DNA of 64,000 nucleotides from an uncultured Chlamydiaceae bacterium (GTDB lineage Bacteria; Chlamydiota; Chlamydiia; Chlamydiales; JAAKFR01): NCBI GenBank assembly GCA_942490925.1, contig CALNYX010000017.1, positions 1,281,159 to 1,345,158 of the forward strand, read 5' to 3'. Shown piece by piece: positions 30,472 to 38,732 of this stretch (position 1 is its first letter; each line of letters starts with the position of its first letter). The notes under the pieces were generated by a model. It saw only the letters and a program-made list of their open reading frames with translations, ran no database searches and was not told where the DNA came from. The position numbers and the translations under genes were made by a program.

Positions 30472-31425
30472 ATGCTTGACGCTTTGTCCAAAAAAAAGAA
30501 CGCGCTCAATCGCCTCCGCCCCCTCCCAAAAGAGCTGCTTGATAATTTAGAAGAATGGTTTCGCATTGAGCTCACCTATTCGAGCAATGCAATTGAGGGG
30601 AATACGCTCACGAGACAAGAGACTGCTCTTGTAGTAGAAAAAGGACTTACCGTTGGGGGCAAAACCCTTAAAGAACACCTAGAGGCCACTAACCATGTTC
30701 AGGCACTTGCTTTTGTTAAAACCCTTATCAACCAGAAGTCTTCCTCCCTGAATGCAGATCATATTTTTCACATCCATGATCTACTTCTCAAAGGGATTGA
30801 TGATGCCAATGCAGGTAAGTACCGTCGCATCCCCGTACGTATTGCAGGGTCAAGCGTCATCTTGCCTAATTTTCACAAAGTCCCTGATCTAATGGATATT
30901 TTTGTTAAATGGCTTAATTCTAATAAGTTGAATCCAATTGAATTGGCAGCTGAAGCACATTATCAGCTTGTTACAATTCATCCCTTTGTCGATGGAAATG
31001 GTAGAACAGCCCGTCTCTTGATGAACCTGCTACTTCTCATGCATGGCTATCCTCCTGCAATTATTCGAAAAAGAGACCGGATAGCCTATATTAACTCCTT
31101 GGAAAAGGCGCAATTGGGAGGTTCCAAAGATGATTATTTGCAACTCATCATGAAAAGTGTTGACCGTTCTTTAGATATCTATCTACAAGCTGATCAGCAG
31201 TCAGCTGAAATGCCTCTATTAAAGATCGGAGAACTTGCAAAAAAAGTTTCTGAATCCGTTTCAACAATCCGATATTGGACCAAAGAGGGCCTTCTAGAAC
31301 CTGCAGATATCACACCATCAGGCTATCACCTCTATGATCATCAAATGATTAATCGTTGTAAAAAGATCCAAGATCTCAAGAAAAAGCGCTATACCCTAGC
31401 AGAAATCAAAGCTCAGCTTCAATAA
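30472..31425 (+). CDS. Fic-domain protein (AMPylase family) with an N-terminal auto-inhibition motif and a C-terminal MerR-type HTH
   Basis: Fic motif HPFVDGNGRTARLL, inhibitory (S/T)xxxE(G/N) motif SNAIEG in the N-terminal helix, and a C-terminal LLKIGELAKKVSESVSTIRYWTKEGLL MerR-like HTH. Confidence 0.88.
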   Translation: MLDALSKKKNALNRLRPLPKELLDNLEEWFRIELTYSSNAIEGNTLTRQETALVVEKGLTVGGKTLKEHLEATNHVQALAFVKTLINQKSSSLNADHIFHIHDLLLKGIDDANAGKYRRIPVRIAGSSVILPNFHKVPDLMDIFVKWLNSNKLNPIELAAEAHYQLVTIHPFVDGNGRTARLLMNLLLLMHGYPPAIIRKRDRIAYINSLEKAQLGGSKDDYLQLIMKSVDRSLDIYLQADQQSAEMPLLKIGELAKKVSESVSTIRYWTKEGLLEPADITPSGYHLYDHQMINRCKKIQDLKKKRYTLAEIKAQLQ

Positions 31426-32260
31426 ACCCTAGGGCTATTAGCTCCTCTTGATGCTCCTGGATAAAGCGGGGATAGCTACCGTCAATGGGCAAGTAGTGAC
31501 ACAGATTGACACGCTCCTCAAACCGCGCCCGCTCTTCCTCACTAAAGGGACGGCGATCTTCCCACTGCCACTCATCCCAGAAGGCATAACTATTTGTCTT
31601 GTCCACTACCCGCATAAAGCCGCCCATACTTGTAAAATGCCAACCGGCATCCACAAGTGTAAAGCAGCCTTGCATACGTGCATGACGCGCTCCTTGGGGA
31701 GTATATTTACAACAGTTTTCATACGAAAACATGACTGGTCCCACGATATAGCGATAGGTTTCAGGATGCTCACGATTTGGACTCACTCTATTGAGAAAAA
31801 ATTCATGCTGCCTCTGATTGAATGTATAGCTACGTTTTGAATCCCTTGTCAAAATCTTGCTATAGTATTTCACGCTCGTTGCTGGAAGAATTTCATCAAC
31901 ATCTGAAATGATGACAATATCATTCCAAGCGCACTGAGTCAGGCCTTGCAAAAGCGCATTGCGCGAACTATGTTCTCTGTCCCAAGCTGATCCACCTGGA
32001 GCTGGATCATCAAGTTGTACATAGATAATTTTGTCATTGAACTGCGCAAACTTCTCCCGGTTCTTCTGAAAAAAGCACTCTTTATGCTCTCCTCGAAACG
32101 AGACCTTTGATTCTACGAGCACGAAATGATCAACTACATCATAGAGCTCATGCAGCCGAATCATTAGAATTTCCAGTTCATTATAGAAAATAAAGCAGTC
32201 ATAGATTTTCCCTTCTAAGGAAGAGAACAACAATAACAACGCGATACATTTAGAAAGCAT
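31406..32260 (-). CDS. Glycosyltransferase family 17 (GnT-III-like) protein with a signal peptide
   Basis: IYDCFIFYNELEILMIRLHELYDVVDHFVLVESKVSFRGEHKECFF is the GT17 N-terminal signature. There is an N-terminal hydrophobic leader, and the 3' end overlaps fic by 20 nt (convergent). Confidence 0.8.
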   Translation of the reverse strand: MLSKCIALLLLFSSLEGKIYDCFIFYNELEILMIRLHELYDVVDHFVLVESKVSFRGEHKECFFQKNREKFAQFNDKIIYVQLDDPAPGGSAWDREHSSRNALLQGLTQCAWNDIVIISDVDEILPATSVKYYSKILTRDSKRSYTFNQRQHEFFLNRVSPNREHPETYRYIVGPVMFSYENCCKYTPQGARHARMQGCFTLVDAGWHFTSMGGFMRVVDKTNSYAFWDEWQWEDRRPFSEEERARFEERVNLCHYLPIDGSYPRFIQEHQEELIALGFIEAEL

Positions 32261-33704
32261 AGATTACAGACATCTCAAATGACTTATAGCGAAAATCTTG
32301 TCCCACGCTTTTATTGCGTGGAACAGTGCGCGCTGCTTGTGCGCGCAAAGAGAGACTATCAGTCATCGCATATAATAAGCTAGCCTGCCATCCTTTATAA
32401 TTTGTAAAGCCAATTGCATTAGATGAGCCGAACCCTTGTAAAATCGCATCTGATAGCAGTAAGTTAGCTGCATTACCATGCCCAATCCCAGCAAGGTCAT
32501 ACTCAGGAACAGCCTGCGCCTGAACACTTTGATAGTTGATATCGATGGACCAATCAAACGCTTTACATAGTTTTCCAAGAGTAAAACCAGTGTACCAAGC
32601 ATTATTGAGTTTTTTAAATCCTGTTGTGACAGTCCGCTTAGCATCGTGGTTTGCCAAAATCGCTCCATAGACATAAAGAGACTTACAGTGAGCTAGCTCT
32701 AACTTCCTTTGATAGCCAAACAAAATTTGTGAGACGATAAATCGGTAGCGAGGGTTATCCTCAACAGTGAAAGTTCCTGAGTTATTGAGGTTTCCATAGT
32801 TTAAAGTAGGCGAATGGCGATGCCAATCGATAATGCTGTATTTAAAGCTAAATCCCGTACCTCTCCATCTTGTCACAAAAGTTTCAGCAATCCAGCCATA
32901 ATGGTTTGTAAAGCTATCAACAATGAAAGGGCCACCATGTAGCGTAAAGTTTCCAACTCCTTTCCAATCAGTTGTATAAAAGAGATGAATCCCATCAAAA
33001 ATACTCGTAAACTCGACGCGGGACTCATACATATAATCAAAACGACTTCGCCCAATTTCTATGTAGAAATCTGTCGGATTTTCATGGTAGATATCATAGC
33101 CGATAAAAGCCCGTTCCATATCTGATTTGGTTGCTGTACCACCATCTTTACCATCGAAGTTCACCCACTTCAATTTTGTAGTCACCCAACCTTTTGGTGC
33201 TGAATAGTCAAAGAAGAGATTCACCTCACTTTTATAGCGATTGATCGCAGTATTGGTACCAGTTCCTCTTTGTTTGATTCCATTTGCTTGTTCACCCACT
33301 GAGACCCATCTGGCACGCACATCACCGGCAATAGTCAGAGCTCCCTCTTTTTGACGACAGCGGATCAAGCCTCTACTCTCAATGAAATCTCGTAATACAC
33401 GAGGGTCAAGAAAGTTATCTCCATCTGGCCCAAAATCACCATCTGAAGCAAACCCAGCAGCAGCTGGTCCTAGGTTGTCTACAGCAGCAAGTAAATCTTC
33501 TTCTCCATCAAGCGCTGCGATCTCATTACTTAGATCCTCTAGGATAAGCTCTTGCATATCAACAGCTGTAACGTCATCAGCTAGATCATCTGAGACAAAT
33601 TCTTGGATCTCGAGAGCAGGAGCAAACACCTCCTCTTCGTCTAAAGCAAAAAGAAAAGACGTAACAAATAAAAAGAAAATACAAAGGGATTTTTGCATGC
33701 CCAT
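32250..33704 (-). CDS. Predicted outer-membrane beta-barrel porin with an ~85-aa acidic N-terminal extension
   Basis: Signal peptide (SLCIFFLFVTSFLFA), a D/E-rich segment, alternating beta-strand patterns rich in aromatic residues, and a C-terminal ...SVIYAF ending in Phe. Confidence 0.7.
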   Translation of the reverse strand: MGMQKSLCIFFLFVTSFLFALDEEEVFAPALEIQEFVSDDLADDVTAVDMQELILEDLSNEIAALDGEEDLLAAVDNLGPAAAGFASDGDFGPDGDNFLDPRVLRDFIESRGLIRCRQKEGALTIAGDVRARWVSVGEQANGIKQRGTGTNTAINRYKSEVNLFFDYSAPKGWVTTKLKWVNFDGKDGGTATKSDMERAFIGYDIYHENPTDFYIEIGRSRFDYMYESRVEFTSIFDGIHLFYTTDWKGVGNFTLHGGPFIVDSFTNHYGWIAETFVTRWRGTGFSFKYSIIDWHRHSPTLNYGNLNNSGTFTVEDNPRYRFIVSQILFGYQRKLELAHCKSLYVYGAILANHDAKRTVTTGFKKLNNAWYTGFTLGKLCKAFDWSIDINYQSVQAQAVPEYDLAGIGHGNAANLLLSDAILQGFGSSNAIGFTNYKGWQASLLYAMTDSLSLRAQAARTVPRNKSVGQDFRYKSFEMSVIYAF

Positions 33705-33943
33705 ATTACATTAATTGTAATTTGAAAATATCTTTATGTAAATGAATTTACAGCTTAGCGGGTGTGTTGAAAAAGTCAAGTTTGTGGCACTACGAAAATG
33801 AAGTCGAGGCATTTTGGGGATTTTTGCTCTCAATTGGACACTTGCTTGCCCTATCTCCTGAAAGAATTTTTGAGATTTTTGCTCCAGATACACGATCTCG
33901 AGCGCTGACAGTGTATCTGACACGGCAAGCGAGAGATCGTTTA

Positions 33944-34104
33944 GAAGCGCCTGTAAAATGCCCATATTGGAGATGGCTCCGAGATTTGCGTCAGAACTAA
34001 ATTTGGAGCCCAACGCTAACTCCTCGTGAGTTAGTGAGGGCGAGAATGACGTTCTGGCGGAAAGACCGGTGCTAGATCCGATGTATGCATTTTACAGGCG
34101 CTTC
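33944..34104 (+). repeat. Copy A of a ~160-nt imperfect-palindrome repeat family
   Basis: The 18-nt arms gaagcgcctgtaaaatgc (33944-33961) and gcattttacaggcgcttc (34087-34104) are perfectly complementary. An inner helix pairs cgtcagaac (33989-33997) with gttctggcg (34051-34059), and there is a hairpin gctaac/gttagt (34015-34035). The flanks are TTTA/TTTA. Confidence 0.85.
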
Positions 34105-34149
34105 TTTATGGAGGAAAAAGATTCAAAAAGGGCCTTACACTTGAATTTT

Positions 34150-36858
34150 TCAACCCACTCTAGCTTGGCTACCATATTCTTTGGGCGCGGTGTAAAGGCC
34201 CCACTTCTTCTTACTCGTCCCATCTAGATAGGGTTTCCAAAGTGTGAGTGGCTCTCCTTCAAGAGTTAATGCATCAAATGTCCATAACTCAAGTAGATCA
34301 GTTCCAGGATTCACGATAAAGCCAAATCGCTTATGCACCCAATTCGTGTCAGCAAATAGGATAGGCGCTGGAAATGCGAGACCTAATTTTTGCATTTGTT
34401 GCCAAATCCTCTGGGGATAAGCAATATGAGAATGAATTTTACCAATGACTTGCATCACCAATGCTGTTGCAATGCGCCTCAGATCTTGTGCACTTAGTAT
34501 GACCTGTGGCCGCACTTCCAATGTATCAAACTGGTCGAAAATTTTCTTAGCGATCGTATTATCAATCTCTTCCATTGAATCAAAGAGTCTTTCGAGATGA
34601 GTGCGAAGCTCATGCTCTGGAAAAAATGGGATCGAGTAGTAGAGAATTCCATCTAACTGTTGCATCAGCTGGGTGTACCCGCTGCCTTGCTGCAGCCAAC
34701 GCTCATAGGAGAGGCTCGATGCAATACGTCCTCGAAATGCATAGGTCGTTAATTTACCAACGCTTTCTCCAAGAGATTGCTTGACAATTGGCTGATATCC
34801 TTCAGGAATTTTCTCTATGAGTTTCTTAATAACAACATCTTGCATCTGTTTGTCTAAACGGTGGCGATCAATAAATGCATGCATTGGTTCAATCCAGTAA
34901 TCACGCACCCAGCTATACGTATAAGCATCGTTATCCCAACCCTCTCGAAACGGCTCCCATCCTGGCTTTACTAAAAAAGCATGGGTTGGAGAATGAGCAA
35001 GTAGAGCCTGCTCTTTTTGATCCTCAAAATGACGTTGCACACTCAGGGGAAGTTCTTTCAATGTATCAAGCAGAAAAACAAGCAGTTCCATTTCATTTTC
35101 GATCCATCGAGAAACTTTTTTGGGCTCTTCCCCACTGCTATAGTAATAAGAAACCAAAGTTTCCATCGTGCCACCCGAAATATAAGCCCAAGGCTTTCGG
35201 GAACTGCGCTGCTCTCCATGAGACCGAGCTAAACGCTCAAAGGAGCTTTTGATAAACATCGGATCCTTAATCGTCGTCACAATGGCGGTTACTAGAGCTG
35301 TAAGCTCCACCTGCAAGCCTTTAACTTCATCTTGCTGGGCAAGCTCCACTTCAGTGGCAATGAAAAAGGCGCTCAATGCTTTTAGATAGTCATCTTCATT
35401 ATGAATCCATGTCCAGAGATGTGTGCTTTTTCTACCATGCTTATACAAGAGCCGAAAACCTGCAGGACTATCATTGTATAGCTCTGCAATCTCGTGCAAT
35501 TGAGCGTCATAGACTTCTTGGAAGTATTCAGGAAATTTCTCTATATAAAACCGAACAAGAAATGGATAGAGCGATCCAATACGTCGTCCCCTTTCATAGA
35601 TCTCTTCACGTTCACTGATGATCCGATTCAGCGCGTGGCGCTGCATTTGATATTCAGCATGTAGCCATCCGACTTCCCGCTCTGCGCTTGAACGCTGGAC
35701 ACGCCCCTCTAAAGACTTAACATGCGCGAAAGTGTGGTCGTAGCGGGATTGATACTCTTCGAGTTTTTCATTTTGAATATCAATTCGCTTTTGAATCTCA
35801 CGTTGGACATTTTCTCCAATTCCATAGGGTTCACTCGGTTCAATTCCAAGACTGGCATAGAGATTCCACTTTGTAAAGTCAGCTTTTACCTCGGCGAAAG
35901 AGGCAAGTGTAAACTCCCAGGCCTTAAGCAAGGGGTTGTCTGTCATTGCTTTAAAAGCTGTTTTAGCCTCTTCTGATGAAGTGAGCTTGCTCAATATCTG
36001 AGCAAAATTCAGAACAGTAAACGGCTTATCAACAAATGGCTCCAACACATCTTGTAGTTGTTTTGGATCAATTCTAGCTGCTTTACATGCTGCAATAACT
36101 CCAGGGGCACGTCCTAATTTCTTCCATGGTTCTTTTCCTAATTGACCCACAAAAAAGGGAAGATAGAGATTACCAGAGCCTGTTGTCGCGCTCAAGGGGA
36201 CAAGGTATTCAACACCAGCTACCACGCGTTTAAGAGCTCCGATGCCAAATAATTGCGAGATATCAGCCAAAAATTGTAGTGGCTGTGTCTGTTGAATTAA
36301 GATGGCTGGAGCTGTGGCAAAACAGGATCCCACATTTTGACGTAGTGATACGAGCAGAGCTGCAAAAGCGGCTTGTCTTGCATGCGCATCTGTGAGTCTG
36401 ATTTTTTTGCTCAAATTCAAAGAGTGACGGATGAGCTGCTCAAGTCCATAATGATTAGTCGGTTTGCTAATCCGCTTGAGGGCATAGGCAAACTCTTGCT
36501 CATCATAAAAACATTTTAGAGTCGTCAAAACATGCTTGCGACGCGAAGCATCTTGCTCTCTGTTGGGTCCGAGGGGGTACAAATTGGATTGTAGCAACTC
36601 AATTGCAGAAAATAAACTCTTGCGATCGATCTCTCCTTTTTCATCGATCAGTGCCTTAGCAAGCTTTTGTGCTAAGTAGAGATTTCGCCACGACCAGCTC
36701 TCTTGAATTAACGTCTGATCAAATGCTGTGCAGAGCTTTAAGTTTTCACCGCAAATAATTGCTTCTAGCGGCTCCTCAAACTGCGTTTCTCTTACTAATT
36801 TTTCAAAAACTCGCGTGAGAAAAGTGGCCCGGTCGATAGTAGGAAAGTCATTTTTCAT
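34150..36858 (-). CDS. Large (902 aa) conserved hypothetical protein, possible papain-fold cysteine peptidase-like
   Basis: Start set at ATG 36858, which forms an ATGA overlap with the upstream stop. The longer Cys/Arg-rich extension to 36966 lies inside the upstream gene. Candidate catalytic motifs are RQNVGSCFATAP (Cys codon 36324-36322), SPTHAFLV and GWDNDAYTYSW. It is the third gene of the rsbU operon. Confidence 0.78.
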   Translation of the reverse strand: MKNDFPTIDRATFLTRVFEKLVRETQFEEPLEAIICGENLKLCTAFDQTLIQESWSWRNLYLAQKLAKALIDEKGEIDRKSLFSAIELLQSNLYPLGPNREQDASRRKHVLTTLKCFYDEQEFAYALKRISKPTNHYGLEQLIRHSLNLSKKIRLTDAHARQAAFAALLVSLRQNVGSCFATAPAILIQQTQPLQFLADISQLFGIGALKRVVAGVEYLVPLSATTGSGNLYLPFFVGQLGKEPWKKLGRAPGVIAACKAARIDPKQLQDVLEPFVDKPFTVLNFAQILSKLTSSEEAKTAFKAMTDNPLLKAWEFTLASFAEVKADFTKWNLYASLGIEPSEPYGIGENVQREIQKRIDIQNEKLEEYQSRYDHTFAHVKSLEGRVQRSSAEREVGWLHAEYQMQRHALNRIISEREEIYERGRRIGSLYPFLVRFYIEKFPEYFQEVYDAQLHEIAELYNDSPAGFRLLYKHGRKSTHLWTWIHNEDDYLKALSAFFIATEVELAQQDEVKGLQVELTALVTAIVTTIKDPMFIKSSFERLARSHGEQRSSRKPWAYISGGTMETLVSYYYSSGEEPKKVSRWIENEMELLVFLLDTLKELPLSVQRHFEDQKEQALLAHSPTHAFLVKPGWEPFREGWDNDAYTYSWVRDYWIEPMHAFIDRHRLDKQMQDVVIKKLIEKIPEGYQPIVKQSLGESVGKLTTYAFRGRIASSLSYERWLQQGSGYTQLMQQLDGILYYSIPFFPEHELRTHLERLFDSMEEIDNTIAKKIFDQFDTLEVRPQVILSAQDLRRIATALVMQVIGKIHSHIAYPQRIWQQMQKLGLAFPAPILFADTNWVHKRFGFIVNPGTDLLELWTFDALTLEGEPLTLWKPYLDGTSKKKWGLYTAPKEYGSQARVG

Positions 36859-38732
36859 GTAATTGCAAGGGCAATAATTACCACTTCGTGTTCTTGAGGG
36901 GTTGAGCCGATAAAAGTTGCCAACTCTTCTTGCAACCCGCCGACAGCTGCATCTGCAGTTTGCCATTTTCGGTGTTGTAAAAGCTCTCTAACCCTCCGTT
37001 CAGAAAAATATTGATGGCGACTATTTACGCCTTCCACCAAGCCTTTCGTATAGAAAATTACTAAATCTCCATGCTCAAGCTGCAACGAGTTGGATTGGTA
37101 GCCATGAGACTCGAGTAAGCCAAGCGCCATTCCCGAATGCTCGAGCGTGACAAGTTTACCATTTTTTTTCCGCACAATGCCAGGGACATGTCCACATGAG
37201 TAGTAGACCAGCTCTTTTTTCTCTGGATAATACATTCCCATTAAAGAGGTAACAAACATCCCAGTATCGCCTGCATCTTCTAAAAAAGCGCTGTTTGTGT
37301 GAGCTAAAATATCACCAACATCTTCGTAGAGGGAGGCGTATGAACGCATTAAGCTACGAGCTGAAAGAGCAAATAAGCAAGAAGAAATCCCTTTACCTGA
37401 AGCATCTCCAATAGCAAACCAAAGATTCTCTTCTTTCTTCTCAATGCAATAAAAATCCCCTCCAACTTCTGTTGCTTCACGATAAATTGCGGCAATCGTA
37501 GCATCATTGACTGTAGGAAAATCTGTCATCAATAAGTTTTGTTGTACTTCCCTACCAATATTGACCTCATGCTGATACGTTTCTCGCTGCACCCGCTCTT
37601 CTTCAGCTAGCTTCATGTTTTTCAAAAGGACATTAAGCGTCTCGTTAAACATTGAACCGAGCAGGTTGATCTCAAAACCAAAGGGTTGGGCATGGAACCT
37701 AGCCTCTAAATTTCCCTCATTAGCCTCTCCCATGACATGACTTAGCTGGCGCAGTGGACGAGAGACCCAATGCGCCAAGAGAAAGGCTAAGATTGCACCG
37801 ACAATGAGGATGACAGCATAGGTAATATAGATCAGAATGAAGTGGTTAACTGCCTTTGCAAAAAACTGTTTCTTAGCTGAAAAAGCAACGAGTGCCATGT
37901 CCATGTTTGGTACATTCATCCGCTTGGCGATATAAGCATTCCCTTCAAACTCAAAGTCAACAAATCCGTGAGGAGCACTTTTCAATTGTTCAACCGGTTT
38001 ATTGGCAAGCTTGATGTCACCGAGTTGATTGGTTTCAATCAATTCCTTTCGTCTCTTGGGTGTAAGCGCTCCAACATACTGTCCGACAAGCGAAGGCATC
38101 GAGGATGCGAGAGCGATATTATCTTGATTAAGCAAGACAAAATCAATGTGGGGATGCTTATCAGGCTTTAAGATTTTTTCAACCCCATCTTGAATATCTG
38201 AAACAGAAACAATTAATCCGACGGGTAATTTTTCAAATACAATCGACTCTCCAACAAAAAGCAGTAGTCGATCACTCTTCGTCCCAAATCGGACAAATCC
38301 CCCCTCTCCTTGCTCTAAGATTTTGTGCATTTCAAGATAGCTCATGACAACATGCCCTTCAGTTGCTTCATTACTTGAAGCAATGACAGGAAACTCATTT
38401 GACCCTTCTTTTGGCAGGCCTAAAATATAAAAGTTTGAGCCTCCTTCTAAATCACTTAACCCTTTGAGAGTTTGATCAACCTTTTTGGGATCGATTTTTT
38501 CTTGATTCAGATCAAGTAGATAGATCAAGTCTTTCAAAATTTCGGGATAAACAGGCTGGATCTCCCCAAGGGTCAAGACTCGAAAATAGACCTCTTCTCT
38601 AAGGTTTGAACGTGCATGTTCAATTGCTTCATCATAGAAGTTTTGAAAAAATAGAAATGAATCGACCAGAAGCGGAAGCGCTAATACAAGAAAGTGGATA
38701 CAAAAGACTCGAATAGTAAATGAACGTCTCAT
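36855..38732 (-). CDS. RsbU-paralogue: membrane sensor / HAMP / degenerate PP2C (SpoIIE) domain, probable pseudophosphatase
   Basis: Same architecture as the upstream gene: TM, ~270-aa periplasmic domain, TM, HAMP, PP2C. Its PP2C acidic motifs read GGDFYC, GDASGKG, FYTKGLVEG and QEHEVVII, instead of GGDFYD, DAAGKG, YSDGVTEA and HDDITLIV. Confidence 0.85.
   Translation of the reverse strand: MRRSFTIRVFCIHFLVLALPLLVDSFLFFQNFYDEAIEHARSNLREEVYFRVLTLGEIQPVYPEILKDLIYLLDLNQEKIDPKKVDQTLKGLSDLEGGSNFYILGLPKEGSNEFPVIASSNEATEGHVVMSYLEMHKILEQGEGGFVRFGTKSDRLLLFVGESIVFEKLPVGLIVSVSDIQDGVEKILKPDKHPHIDFVLLNQDNIALASSMPSLVGQYVGALTPKRRKELIETNQLGDIKLANKPVEQLKSAPHGFVDFEFEGNAYIAKRMNVPNMDMALVAFSAKKQFFAKAVNHFILIYITYAVILIVGAILAFLLAHWVSRPLRQLSHVMGEANEGNLEARFHAQPFGFEINLLGSMFNETLNVLLKNMKLAEEERVQRETYQHEVNIGREVQQNLLMTDFPTVNDATIAAIYREATEVGGDFYCIEKKEENLWFAIGDASGKGISSCLFALSARSLMRSYASLYEDVGDILAHTNSAFLEDAGDTGMFVTSLMGMYYPEKKELVYYSCGHVPGIVRKKNGKLVTLEHSGMALGLLESHGYQSNSLQLEHGDLVIFYTKGLVEGVNSRHQYFSERRVRELLQHRKWQTADAAVGGLQEELATFIGSTPQEHEVVIIALAIT

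Noticed and set aside
30297-30575. 92-aa minus-strand ORF spanning the ntt-fic spacer.
   Set aside because: It overlaps the 3' end of ntt and the 5' end of fic. It has no RBS or motif and probably reflects chance openness in an AT-rich spacer.
33766-33778. 13-nt identity (gtgttgaaaaagt) between the porin upstream region and the tRNA-like anticodon arm (44802-44814).
   Set aside because: Exact 13-mers are expected by chance tens of times in a 64-kb window when both strands are considered. The flanks do not align.
33711-34013. ORFs 33711..34013 (-) of 100 aa and 33764..34000 (+) of 78 aa, in the porin-upstream spacer.
   Set aside because: They overlap each other on opposite strands and run into repeat copy A. 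They have no RBS or recognisable motif, and their composition looks like translated intergenic DNA. The same reading frame is not preserved in repeat copies B and C.
36859-36966. Cys/Arg-rich 36-aa extension (MANCRCSCRRVARR...) at the 5' end of the 938-aa ORF.
   Set aside because: It lies entirely inside the 3' end of the upstream RsbU paralogue. The internal ATG at 36858 forms the same ATGA stop/start overlap used throughout this operon.
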